64,000 nt of DNA from an uncultured bacterium. GTDB taxonomy: Bacteria; Babelota; Babeliae; Babelales; JABCYS01. The DNA lies in assembly GCA_963705705.1 (NCBI GenBank), contig CAVPKK010000005.1:231363-295362 (forward strand). The letters run 5' to 3'. The notes under the pieces are model-generated. The model was not told the DNA's origin, did no database searches, and saw only the letters and a list, made by a program, of their open reading frames with translations. The position numbers and the translations under genes are program-made. Shown piece by piece: positions 1 through 9,650 of this stretch (position 1 is its first letter; each line of letters starts with the position of its first letter).

Positions 1-29
1 GGCGAGCCATGCAAGCATTGATTGTAATC

Positions 30-1370
30 TCATGGTGCTTCCCATTGCTTTCCCCAGCCCAAATAGAGATAGTATAAGAATTTATCCCAATCACTTACGG
101 ATCGAACTTTGCCTAATAATTCGTGCACAATGTACAGATTGCTTGGATATGCCACCGGAACTGTTGGCTGGTGAGCCGCCCATATTACATCCGATCGTGC
201 TGAGCCGGTCGCAGGATCCTTTGAGAATTGCGCAATGCGCACGGTATTAATAGTGTTATGATTTGCAGAATCCACACTCACAAAGCCATCAGGTGCTCTA
301 AACGTCGTTTCTTTTAACGATTCTAATACCGCATCCATTTCGGTAGTTCCAGCACGCTTAACGGCTTCTGCCCACACATGCATGCCAAGATATGCAGAAT
401 CCATTGGATCGGTGATCACCTGATTTTTGCCATAGGCGTTTTTGATCTTTTGCACAAACTTTTTGTTAACAATACCCGGCAACGATTCGTAATAGTTCCA
501 GCAGGTATAACTGCCGGCAACATTATTAATGCCAATCGCACGAGCTAATGAATCATCTACACTCAATGACATTACGGGAATCCTCTTCCCTGCATTTTGG
601 TATTGCGTCGATGCATTTAATTCTTGGAAAAAATGGATATTGGTCGATCCGTTAAGTGTATTGAGAATGAAATCTGGTTTTGCGGCGATTATTTTTTGCA
701 CTAGAGATGCCGCATTCTCCATTCCTAAAGGTAGATATTCTTCACCCACAATCTCTGCATCCAAATATGATGCAAACTCTTTTATAATCGCATTCGCAGC
801 GCGAGGAAATATATAATCTGAACCAGCCAAGAAAATTCTTTTGCCAAATTTCTTCATGCACCAGAATGTTGCAGGCAGCGCCTGTTGGTTTGGTACAGAT
901 CCGGTCGAGACAACATTTGGCGATTTTTCGAGTCCTTCATATTGCACTGAATAAAAAAGAAGACGCTTATGCTTTTCAAGAATTGGTGCAACCGTTTTTC
1001 TACTTGCCGACGTCCAACACCCGAATACTACATCTACCTTATTGTCTTCAACGAGCCGTTTTGCTTCGCGTGCGAAAACAAGCACATCGGATTTGCCATC
1101 AACTACGATAGGATCCAATGGCCGACCAAGTAACCCGCCGGCATAATTTATTTCTTGAATCGCTAAAAGGGTGGCATTGGCGACCGGTATTTCCGTAATC
1201 GCGGTTGAACCCGTTTGTGAATGGAGAATACCAATTTTTATTACTGGCTGTGGCGGCACGCGATAAAGGCTAATGGCGTTCCATAGTAGCGAAACGCCAG
1301 CCAACATAGCAACCGTTTTGTACCAATTTGAAAAAGAAATTGCCGTCACTGTATTCCCCAACCTTTTCAT
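30..1370 (-). CDS. urtA: Urea/amide ABC transporter substrate-binding protein (UrtA/AmiC family)
   Basis: Motifs IKIGILHSQTG, VVFGCWTSASRK, VQYEGLE, GSDYIFPR, NTLNG. Confidence 0.85.
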   Translation of the reverse strand: MKRLGNTVTAISFSNWYKTVAMLAGVSLLWNAISLYRVPPQPVIKIGILHSQTGSTAITEIPVANATLLAIQEINYAGGLLGRPLDPIVVDGKSDVLVFAREAKRLVEDNKVDVVFGCWTSASRKTVAPILEKHKRLLFYSVQYEGLEKSPNVVSTGSVPNQQALPATFWCMKKFGKRIFLAGSDYIFPRAANAIIKEFASYLDAEIVGEEYLPLGMENAASLVQKIIAAKPDFILNTLNGSTNIHFFQELNASTQYQNAGKRIPVMSLSVDDSLARAIGINNVAGSYTCWNYYESLPGIVNKKFVQKIKNAYGKNQVITDPMDSAYLGMHVWAEAVKRAGTTEMDAVLESLKETTFRAPDGFVSVDSANHNTINTVRIAQFSKDPATGSARSDVIWAAHQPTVPVAYPSNLYIVHELLGKVRSVSDWDKFLYYLYLGWGKQWEAP

Positions 1371-1418
1371 TTCCCTATTTCAACCTGTCGGTCACAGGTA
1401 TCGAGGGATGTTTTTCTT

Positions 1419-1448
1419 ACTGTATCGCTCAATTGTGCAATGATGCAA
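1419..1448 (-). promoter_or_regulatory. Putative sigma70-type promoter of urtA
   Basis: TTGCAT-N18-TACAGT on minus strand. Confidence 0.4.
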
Positions 1449-1507
1449 GAGCCAAGCTGAAACCAGCCACTTTCTCTTTTTCTGATACAGATTAAAGTTT
1501 ACTCACT

Positions 1508-2176
1508 ATGACCAACAACATTATTTATGCATCATTATTAATTCTTGTATGTATCCCCGCTCGACCATTTACTATCATGCTTGATCCGGCAGGTGATGCG
1601 AGAACTCCTGGCCGTACAATTAACCAACATGTGGAACGCGGTATCACCCTGCAAATCGCAGAAGCAATAAAAAGAGAAATTGAATATGAACAGGCCGAAC
1701 GTGATTATCTGACAGTTCCTGTACGAACCGTTCTGACGCGGGCCCCGGGAGAGGCTATTGCCCCATTGCATAATGCCATGTTTGCAAACCGACTTGAGGC
1801 TGATTTGTATGTGAGCATTCACTGCTTTCATCTACCTTCATCGCAAAGCCCCTTGACCATTTACCATTACCTTACCAATCCCGTAACCGATCTATGGTCT
1901 ACCCCAAAACAACTTGCGTTATATCCATATGACCAAGCCCACTTATACCAAGTGCATTCAAGTAAACAGAGTGCTGAAAAATTAAAGGGTTTTTTGGTCG
2001 CTTCAAAAATAGCCGACGTACGCGGCGTCTTTGGCTTTCCTTTTAAACCATTGGTTGGCATTAAGGTGCCGGCATTCGCTATCGAAATTGGTCTGCGAAA
2101 TAAAGATGAATGGGAACGCTACGCCCAGGTGATTGCCCAAGGACTCATTCAATTGGTCCCATCGCTGAATTCGTAA
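1508..2176 (+). CDS. N-acetylmuramoyl-L-alanine amidase (Amidase_3 family), atypical first Zn ligand
   Basis: IMLDPAGD, VLTR, ANRLEADLYVSIH, PAFAIEIG motifs; signal peptide. Confidence 0.8.
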   Translation: MTNNIIYASLLILVCIPARPFTIMLDPAGDARTPGRTINQHVERGITLQIAEAIKREIEYEQAERDYLTVPVRTVLTRAPGEAIAPLHNAMFANRLEADLYVSIHCFHLPSSQSPLTIYHYLTNPVTDLWSTPKQLALYPYDQAHLYQVHSSKQSAEKLKGFLVASKIADVRGVFGFPFKPLVGIKVPAFAIEIGLRNKDEWERYAQVIAQGLIQLVPSLNS

Positions 2177-2257
2177 CTATTCTAGATACTGCGAGAACTA
2201 AAGATCACTATGATCATTATTAGATTGTGCTCACCATCTTATCAATTTTGACAAGAC

Positions 2258-2294
2258 CGCGCTCATTCTGAGTTGATCGAAGAATCAGAGCGCG
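2258..2294 (+). repeat. REP-like palindrome copy 1
   Basis: CGCGCTCATTCTGAGTTGATCGAAGAATCAGAGCGCG; related copies at 11000, 58642, 63211. Confidence 0.6.
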
Positions 2295-2358
2295 ACAAAG
2301 ATTTAGTAATCATCATCAAAATAAATTATTCCTCAGGAAATCGCGCTTCAATCGCAAA

Positions 2359-2412
2359 CAATTCCCATCGCCAAAAGGTTTATTGCATTTTGTTTTGGGA
2401 ATTGTTATTACT
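2359..2412 (+). promoter_or_regulatory. Palindromic promoter/operator of beta-helix gene 1
   Basis: CAATTCCC...GGGAATTG inverted repeat enclosing TTGCAT, followed by TATTACT; conserved before all three paralogs. Confidence 0.55.
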
Positions 2413-2455
2413 CAGATTGTTGAAAGCTTCAAAACTCATCTTAAAGGAGAGCGTT

Positions 2456-4285
2456 ATGAACAACGCACGTCATTCAGTCACTCAGTCACTTCTGACTAAA
2501 ATAAAGGCCGTTAGTTTAGGCATTTTCGCTGCCGCTTCATTGTCAGCATCAACTCCCTGTTGCCCTGATACATCAGTACGTTGCCCAAAAGTAGAAATTG
2601 AGTTGTGCCCTGTTCAGTTCGCTATAAAAGAAGAGATTGTTCGAGCCGCGGCCGGCCTCGGTTGTGGTAAAATCATTACGCAATGTGATCTGCCGTTAGA
2701 GATTACCTGTCCAGGTAAATATTCAGTGGCACAAGATCTTAATTTTTTCCCTCAATTCCCGTTTCAAAGCGCAATCACCATAAACTCAAGTGATGTTACA
2801 CTTGATTTCAATGGTCATACATTAATCCAAGCAGATCCGACAGTGCCAGATTGCAGTGGTGTAATGATCGGAGTGCAAGGTGGGGTTTATAGTAATATTA
2901 AGGTAATGAACGGCACCATTTCAAATATATCTGACTGGGGAATTATAAGTTTTGAAGCGGCTCTTCACGAAATACTGATCGATTCAATGAATACCTTTTC
3001 ATGCGGATATAATAATACTACTGGCTTTGGAGGCGGTGTTCAATTGGCTGCGGTTGGGGCAACTCCACGGATGGTCGATATTGTTATTAGAAACTGTAAT
3101 TTCAATGACAGTTTCTCAACTCAAACAACCGCACAGTTATTAGATGGTCTTCTTATTCAGCAAGCCGACCAAGTTCTGATTCAAAATAGCAATTTTAATA
3201 ATACGTCTGGCAATCCCGCTACGCTGTCAGCCTTAACGTTCAATGGAGTTAACGGTGGCAGAATTGAAAACTGCAATTTCAACGGAACTACAGGATTGTC
3301 CACCCATGTCCATCTCAATAATCCAGTGGCTTTCAATGGATGTAATGATATTACAGTATTAAACAGTCAAATTCTTGATACCGTCTTATTAGCCAGCGGT
3401 AGTGGCTCAAGCATACGTGGGTTGTTTATATCAGGCGGCCAGGATCTTGTGTTTGAGGATTGTATTATTGCTAATCTTTCAGCATTCGGGTCAGGGCCAG
3501 TTGGTAGTCTGATTTCTTTCGTTGCCTTAGGTAGTCCCAATATTGTTGTAAAGAGATGCATAGCTCAGAATATATTTAGTGGTGCCACTACATCGGTTTT
3601 CAATTCTATTGGCTTCGCAGTCGAGGGCGTTAACAATAGTAGCTTTGAAGATTGTGTCGCCCAAGGTATTACTGGCTCGGGCGGTGAAGATTATGTGGCT
3701 GGCTTTAATATCATCGCAGCCCACCAAGCAGTATTTAAAAATTGCATTGCTCAGGGCATAGTTGACGCTAGTGTTAACTCCCCAGGCTTAGGGGACAGTC
3801 TTGCCGCTGGATTCTTAGTTTACGATTTTAGTACGAATTTGATTTTTGATGGCTGTATTGCACAAAACGTCAGCTTTCCAGCATCCTTTGGAAACTTGGC
3901 CTTTGGTTTTGAGTTGGGCCTTTTTGCTCCTACTATTGGTCTTGAGATATCTAATTGCGTCGCCCAGGCATGTGGTACGGGAATCAGACTAGACAATAGT
4001 TTTGGTGGCAGGGTTTCGAACAGTGCGATCACAAATAACCTCGCAATAAATAATACTGTTTTCGGCTTCAATGATTTATCTACCGCTGGAAATAATGTAT
4101 TGTCTGGCAATTTTGCATATAACCCGGGCTCTACAAGCAACTACCATGGTAATGATGCCGGTGAATTTGGTCTGCATCTTGGCACACCAATTAGAACCTG
4201 GTCATTTACTACTGGTCAACAACCAGATCCAACAACTGATGCCGGCAATCCAGTATCTGATCTAGACAACATCAACGTCGTATAA
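2456..4285 (+). CDS. Secreted Cys-rich right-handed parallel beta-helix protein, paralog 1
   Basis: AAGGAG RBS before ATG 2456; signal peptide; PLEITCPGKYSVAQDL, ITINSSDVTLDFNG, recurring xxNCxAQx coils. Confidence 0.8.
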   Translation: MNNARHSVTQSLLTKIKAVSLGIFAAASLSASTPCCPDTSVRCPKVEIELCPVQFAIKEEIVRAAAGLGCGKIITQCDLPLEITCPGKYSVAQDLNFFPQFPFQSAITINSSDVTLDFNGHTLIQADPTVPDCSGVMIGVQGGVYSNIKVMNGTISNISDWGIISFEAALHEILIDSMNTFSCGYNNTTGFGGGVQLAAVGATPRMVDIVIRNCNFNDSFSTQTTAQLLDGLLIQQADQVLIQNSNFNNTSGNPATLSALTFNGVNGGRIENCNFNGTTGLSTHVHLNNPVAFNGCNDITVLNSQILDTVLLASGSGSSIRGLFISGGQDLVFEDCIIANLSAFGSGPVGSLISFVALGSPNIVVKRCIAQNIFSGATTSVFNSIGFAVEGVNNSSFEDCVAQGITGSGGEDYVAGFNIIAAHQAVFKNCIAQGIVDASVNSPGLGDSLAAGFLVYDFSTNLIFDGCIAQNVSFPASFGNLAFGFELGLFAPTIGLEISNCVAQACGTGIRLDNSFGGRVSNSAITNNLAINNTVFGFNDLSTAGNNVLSGNFAYNPGSTSNYHGNDAGEFGLHLGTPIRTWSFTTGQQPDPTTDAGNPVSDLDNINVV

Positions 4286-4310
4286 AATAATTTAGGTTAT
4301 TTTTTAGCAG

Positions 4311-4346
4311 AGCAGGCTTGGTCTAAACAACCAGGCCTGTCTTTTT
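4311..4346 (+). terminator. Intrinsic terminator
   Basis: GCAGGCTTGGT...ACCAGGCCTGT hairpin followed by T tract. Confidence 0.7.
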
Positions 4347-4369
4347 GAGAAACGCCATCCAATCACAAT

Positions 4370-4422
4370 CAATTCCAGGACCAAAAGTTTCATTGCATTT
4401 TGTTTTGGGAATTGCTATTACT
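4370..4422 (+). promoter_or_regulatory. Palindromic promoter/operator of beta-helix gene 2
   Basis: Near copy of 2359-2412. Confidence 0.55.
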
Positions 4423-4463
4423 CAGATTGTTATCGTTTAAAATTCATCTTAAAGGAGAGCATT

Positions 4464-6314
4464 ATGAACAACACATATCACTCATTCACGTGGTCACTTC
4501 TGACTAAAATAAAAATCGTTAGTTTAGGCATTTTCGCTGCAGCATCACTATCAGCGGCAGTGACATGTTGCCCGCCAACAGCTTGTGCAACGGTCGATAT
4601 CGAGCTTTGCCCAGCTCGCTTTTGTATAACAGAAGAAATTGTTCGTGCTGCAGCCGGTCTTGGTTGCGGTCGCATTATTACCCAATGTGATTTGCCGTTA
4701 GTGATTACTTGCCCGGGCAAATATTCAGTGGCACAAGATTTAAATTGGGCGCCATCAATGGCAGGCCAAGCTGGGATTACCGTTGCCATTAGTGATGTAG
4801 TTATTGAATTCAATGGTCGGACCTATAAACAAACTGATTCAACACAAGCAAATTGTATCGGTGTGCTTATCAATCCAAATCTAATTAATGTTCAATTGCT
4901 CAACGGCACGCTTGAAAACTTCTCATTATGGGGCATCAAGGGTCTAGGCGGCGATAGAGAACTACTTTTTGATCACATTAATACCTATTCGTGTGGCTAT
5001 AATGGCAGCGACAGCGTTAACGGAACATCAGGATCGGGTGGTATGGAGCTTCTAGATTTTGGTTCATTCTCTACAAAGATTTTAGGTAACCCATTTCCAT
5101 TAAATCCAATTTTTGATGTAGTCATCAGGAATTGCAACTTTAATGATCATTATTCAAATAACTCAGCGAGTAACTATTTCGGTCTTAAGCCAGCTGCCTT
5201 TTTTGGAGTCAACCAGCTTTTGATTCAAAACTGTAATTTCAATAATAATGCGCAATTGAATAGTGGATCTGCTAGTGGCTTTATGGCAACAGTAGATGTA
5301 GAGGCATGCCAGGGCATACGAGTTGAAAACTGCAATATTAATCAAAATAGTGTATTTAACGGTGTTGGCCTTATCAATGTATATTTTAATGTTGTTTCAG
5401 ATATAGAAGTTAGAAATTGTATTGCTAATGATATTGCGTTCCATGGTCCTTCCAATAATGGTTTTGTTGGCTACGGAGTTGATCATGGTTCTAAAGATGT
5501 GCTTTTCGAAAATTGCCTGGCCCAGAATTTTATAGCGTCTGGAGCAAGCAGCGGGATGGATCTATTCTTTATCTTAGGTGATAGCCCCCAAAGCCCTGAC
5601 AGCAATGTTGTTCTGAGGGGATGCATAGCTCAGAATGCGTCCGTTGCAGACGGTGGCACATCATCCCCCCGAGGTTTCCAGATGCAATCATTAAGCAATT
5701 GCACACTTGAAGACTGTGTTGCTCAAAATATCACTGGTTCTGGTGGTCAGGTATATGGTTTTAGACCTATATCAAATCATCAAATAATATTTAAAAATTG
5801 TTTGGCGCAGGGTATTATTAATAATACTTTCGCGTCGAATACCAAAGCTGGCGGATTCGCTGCTACTTTTGGGGGGCTTACAGAAGCTAATGTGATTTTT
5901 GATGGTTGTGTTGCACAGGATGTATCTTATACATTCTCTCAATTTTTGGCTTTTGGTTTTGAAGTACAAGCTGACGCAGCTTTTGAAATATCTAATTGCA
6001 TTAGCCAAGGAAACGGCATCGGAATTCAGCTTGATACCGGAGCTAATAAAGGTATTGTAAAAAATAGTTTCGCAATAAATAATACCATTTGGGGAGTTAA
6101 TGATCAGGCTACCGGTGGAAATAACGTCTTATATGGCAACTATGCATATAATCCGGGCTCTTTAAGAAACTACAATGGTAATGATGCTGGTGAATTTGGG
6201 CTGCATCGCGGCACGCCAATTAGAACCTGGTCGTTTATCGCTGGTCAACAACCAGATGCAACGACCGATGCTGGCAATTCAGTATCTGATCTAGACAATA
6301 TTAACGTTGTGTAA
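4464..6314 (+). CDS. Secreted Cys-rich beta-helix protein, paralog 2
   Basis: N- and C-termini nearly identical to paralog 1 (EEIVRAAAGLGCG; GTPIRTWSF...SDLDNINVV), divergent middle. Confidence 0.8.
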   Translation: MNNTYHSFTWSLLTKIKIVSLGIFAAASLSAAVTCCPPTACATVDIELCPARFCITEEIVRAAAGLGCGRIITQCDLPLVITCPGKYSVAQDLNWAPSMAGQAGITVAISDVVIEFNGRTYKQTDSTQANCIGVLINPNLINVQLLNGTLENFSLWGIKGLGGDRELLFDHINTYSCGYNGSDSVNGTSGSGGMELLDFGSFSTKILGNPFPLNPIFDVVIRNCNFNDHYSNNSASNYFGLKPAAFFGVNQLLIQNCNFNNNAQLNSGSASGFMATVDVEACQGIRVENCNINQNSVFNGVGLINVYFNVVSDIEVRNCIANDIAFHGPSNNGFVGYGVDHGSKDVLFENCLAQNFIASGASSGMDLFFILGDSPQSPDSNVVLRGCIAQNASVADGGTSSPRGFQMQSLSNCTLEDCVAQNITGSGGQVYGFRPISNHQIIFKNCLAQGIINNTFASNTKAGGFAATFGGLTEANVIFDGCVAQDVSYTFSQFLAFGFEVQADAAFEISNCISQGNGIGIQLDTGANKGIVKNSFAINNTIWGVNDQATGGNNVLYGNYAYNPGSLRNYNGNDAGEFGLHRGTPIRTWSFIAGQQPDATTDAGNSVSDLDNINVV

Positions 6315-6344
6315 GTCTAAAACACATCATTAACTATTTAATAG

Positions 6345-6386
6345 AATCCCTGGCTTAGATTTAAAACTCTGAGCCAGGGTTTTTTT
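6345..6386 (+). terminator. Intrinsic terminator
   Basis: CCCTGGCTTAGA...TCTGAGCCAGGG + T8; near-identical to 8916-8952. Confidence 0.75.
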
Positions 6387-6442
6387 GTATGCATAAAATG
6401 AATCCTATTAGCTCTCTTGCACAAAAAGCTTGTCACGTTAAT

Positions 6443-6499
6443 CAATTCTCAATATTTGAATCATTATCTTGCGATTCATTCCTAGGAATTGCTATTACT
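6443..6499 (+). promoter_or_regulatory. Palindromic promoter/operator of beta-helix gene 3
   Basis: CAATTC..TGAATC..TTGC..GATTCA..GAATTGCTATTACT. Confidence 0.5.
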
Positions 6500-6599
6500 A
6501 AATCAAAATTGTTTCAATCAATCTAAAAAAACTAAAACGAACAAGCTGGCCATGGTCAGCCGTCTTATCTATCATTAACCTCTAAAAAGGAGTTTTCTA

Positions 6600-8882
6600 A
6601 TGACGTCGTTTAAACAAACACTACTAGCCACTCTGTGCGTTGGTGCGTTGTTCGCATCACAATATGTGACCGCAATGGATATGAGCACGGAAATAGCTAC
6701 ACGAAGTTGTCTGCGTCCTAAAATGAATTGTTGTGCAGAAATTGAAGCTGATTTTAACGGCACGTTCTCAGTGCTTGAATCAATCGAGATCAAACTCGAT
6801 GAGTTAACTGAATGCAGAACGGTAAAAATTACACAAGAAGACCTAGACCTCGCGGGAGGAACCTACAATATTACAACGCCTGGAGTATATAGGCTGTGTT
6901 CAGATCTTAACTGGTTCCCTCAATTCGCATTTCAGAGCGCAATCGTCATCAACTCAAGTGACGTCACTCTTGATTTTGATAATTATGTGTTGCGCCAAGC
7001 AGATCCGACAGTGGCAGCCTGCACTGGTGTTCAGATTGGAGTTTCTGGTGGGAACTATATCAATATAAAATTAGTAAACGGGACTATTGAAAATATATCT
7101 AACTGGGGAATTGACAGTTTTCAGGCTGCTATTCATGAGTTAGTGATTGATTCAATCAATACATATTCATGCGGATATAATAATTTTGGCTTTGCCGGCG
7201 GCATGCAGCTTGATGCGCTTCCAACTTCACCTATCGTCGATGTTATTATTAGAAACTGTAATTTCAATGATACTGTATCAACTCAAACAACCACACAGCA
7301 GTTATCTGGTTGCATTATACAGAATGCTAAGCAAGTTCTGATACAAAATTGTAATTGTAACAATACCGCCGGCAGAGCTCCTTCCGGTCAGGTTGCTGCC
7401 TTAGTTTTCAACGCAGTTACAGGCGGATTAATTGATAATTGCAACTTTAATGGCACCACAGCATTGTCTAGTAATGTTTTTGCCAAGCCGGTGCTTATCA
7501 ATGGATGTCATGAAATTTCTGTATTAAACAGTCAAATTCTTGACACCGTTTCATCAATCGGTGGTTTCAATATAACAACGGCATTAGGTATTAATGGCGG
7601 TCAAGATTTTGTGGTAGACGGATGTGTCGTACAAAATTACAGTGCGACTGGGGCTGCTGGAGTATTCATATTCGAGCTTGACGCCAGTAATGTCACAGTA
7701 AAGAATTGCATTGCACAGAATGTGAGTGCCCCGCTCGGGTTTGTCGAGGGCTATGGAGCTACTGGCAATGACATGGTATTTGAAAATTGTGTAGCTGAAC
7801 ATTTTACTTCCTTGTTCGGATCATTTGGCTTTAATCCGGAGATTTGTAATCAGATATTGATTAAAAATTGTCAGGCTATGGATATACAATCTACCGCACA
7901 TTCTGCTAGTGCAGGATTTCAGACTGCCGGGTTTGTAGTAACAGATTCTGGTACTGGATCGCCAAGTCTACTTAATAAAAACATTGTGTTTCAGGATTGC
8001 GTTGCGCAAAATATAACTGCCCCAAATCTTTCTCCGGTTAATCCGCTCTTTGGCGTAGGATTTTATGCTGATGCAACCAAGGGAGTAGAAATAACTAATT
8101 GCATTAGCCAAGCGAATGCATACGGTTATGTACTAGATAAAGAGTCTCCTGATAACCTTCCGGCAAGTTTCAGCACTATCCGAAATAACGTTGCAATAAA
8201 TAATACCGTCGCCGGATTTGTGGATGATACAGTCGTTGGAACTCTTGGAACGAATGTCTTCTCCGATAATTATGCATACAATCCAGGTGCGGCCAACTAT
8301 ATGGGTAGCGGCGTCGGCACCGTACATGGTATGGCTGCAGGCACTCCAATCAGAACGTGGAATTATAGTACCGGCAAACAGCCCAATACAGTAACTGATG
8401 TTGCTGATTTCACCGGTTCAATCGCCGGCTCACCAGTATTTAGCAGTGCTGATATTATTTTCACAGGTTCCATTGATGGAAATACTTTGTATGTAACCCA
8501 CGTGGTTTCAGGTTTACTGGCTATTGGAGAAACCATCACAGGTGCGGGGGTAACTGCCAATACAAATATTACTGCATTTGGTACTGGTTCCGGACTTATT
8601 GGTTCCTATATGGTTAATAACACACAAGTAGTGCCTTTGGAGGCAATGCAGGCATCACCAACGTTGAATGTAACTGCTGTAGCTTCTGGAGCTCTTGCGC
8701 CAGGGCTTGTATTAATCGGTGCGGGAGTAACAGAAGGCACATCGATCACTAGCTTCGTGCCAGGGTCGGGTACTTCTGGCGGTATTGGAAACTATCTAGT
8801 GAATTATTCACAGGCGATCGCAAGCGAGACAATGGTTGCCGGTAATGAAGCATCAGAGGGTGATAACTGGAATGTGTTGTAA
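6600..8882 (+). CDS. Secreted beta-helix protein, paralog 3, with C-terminal inserted Gly/Thr-rich beta domains
   Basis: AGGAG RBS; same beta-helix motifs; extra FTGSIxG..TLxVT..SG repeats near the C-terminus. Confidence 0.8.
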   Translation: MTSFKQTLLATLCVGALFASQYVTAMDMSTEIATRSCLRPKMNCCAEIEADFNGTFSVLESIEIKLDELTECRTVKITQEDLDLAGGTYNITTPGVYRLCSDLNWFPQFAFQSAIVINSSDVTLDFDNYVLRQADPTVAACTGVQIGVSGGNYINIKLVNGTIENISNWGIDSFQAAIHELVIDSINTYSCGYNNFGFAGGMQLDALPTSPIVDVIIRNCNFNDTVSTQTTTQQLSGCIIQNAKQVLIQNCNCNNTAGRAPSGQVAALVFNAVTGGLIDNCNFNGTTALSSNVFAKPVLINGCHEISVLNSQILDTVSSIGGFNITTALGINGGQDFVVDGCVVQNYSATGAAGVFIFELDASNVTVKNCIAQNVSAPLGFVEGYGATGNDMVFENCVAEHFTSLFGSFGFNPEICNQILIKNCQAMDIQSTAHSASAGFQTAGFVVTDSGTGSPSLLNKNIVFQDCVAQNITAPNLSPVNPLFGVGFYADATKGVEITNCISQANAYGYVLDKESPDNLPASFSTIRNNVAINNTVAGFVDDTVVGTLGTNVFSDNYAYNPGAANYMGSGVGTVHGMAAGTPIRTWNYSTGKQPNTVTDVADFTGSIAGSPVFSSADIIFTGSIDGNTLYVTHVVSGLLAIGETITGAGVTANTNITAFGTGSGLIGSYMVNNTQVVPLEAMQASPTLNVTAVASGALAPGLVLIGAGVTEGTSITSFVPGSGTSGGIGNYLVNYSQAIASETMVAGNEASEGDNWNVL

Positions 8883-8915
8883 TATAGGCATGATTTTCTG
8901 ACTATTTAAAATAAA

Positions 8916-8952
8916 ATCCTGGCTTGGACTAAAACTCTGAGCCAGGGTTTTT
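8916..8952 (+). terminator. Intrinsic terminator
   Basis: CCTGGCTTGGA...TCTGAGCCAGG + T tract. Confidence 0.7.
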
Positions 8953-9069
8953 CTTTGCAGGCGCGTTAATCGCAGGCTATTTTGCAACAACCAATGCTGT
9001 GTTATAGTGATCGTGATTTGACTGCTTTTTAACTTAATATGACTATTTCGAAAATCACAAATCAACAAC

Positions 9070-9636
9070 ATGAATCATAAAATAATAACTATCTGCCTTT
9101 TCGGCCTATTTGCGGGCTTCTTATTCCTGGCGCATCAACAGGAATGGCTCATTATCAATTTGCCAGCTCGGCCAAGCGAACAGCAAACAAGCCCAATAGA
9201 AAAACGCACTGTCAAACTTTATTTCTGGGCTCAGGAAAAATGGAAGCACGAGGCAATAGAAATTTTGTGGTCTGAAGATAAAGCAAAATCCGCCGAATAT
9301 TTAGTTAATGCCTGGCTTACGTGGCTTGACGAGGAAGATCATGAACATAAACCAATTACGGCTAAAGATGATCGAGTAGGACATGGTCAAAAAGTTTCCT
9401 TGCAGACAGCCCTCTTATCTCCTTCTGGTCAGGAATTATTACTCTCATTTGACCGCCTCCCTTTTACTAATGAACAGTCAGCTTATGAAAAATGGCATTG
9501 GGTAGAAAGCCTACTAAAAACTATCCGAGATAATGGCATTAAGGTTCAGCAGGTGCGCTTATTGGTGCACCATCAGCCGATCGAGGATTATCATCTAGAG
9601 TTTGGCCGAGCTTGGCCTTTAATAGGTTTTAAGTAA
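9070..9636 (+). CDS. GerMN-like domain membrane-anchored protein
   Basis: N-terminal TM, VKLYF, ELLLSF, ESLLKT...VQQVRLLV...HL pattern; commonly paired with Amidase_3. Confidence 0.6.
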   Translation: MNHKIITICLFGLFAGFLFLAHQQEWLIINLPARPSEQQTSPIEKRTVKLYFWAQEKWKHEAIEILWSEDKAKSAEYLVNAWLTWLDEEDHEHKPITAKDDRVGHGQKVSLQTALLSPSGQELLLSFDRLPFTNEQSAYEKWHWVESLLKTIRDNGIKVQQVRLLVHHQPIEDYHLEFGRAWPLIGFK

Positions 9637-9650
9637 AGCATCCAAGACTC

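Noticed and set aside
2273..2455. N-terminal extension of beta-helix gene 1 in the ORF track
   Set aside because: Runs through REP and promoter; RBS and paralog alignment place the start at 2456
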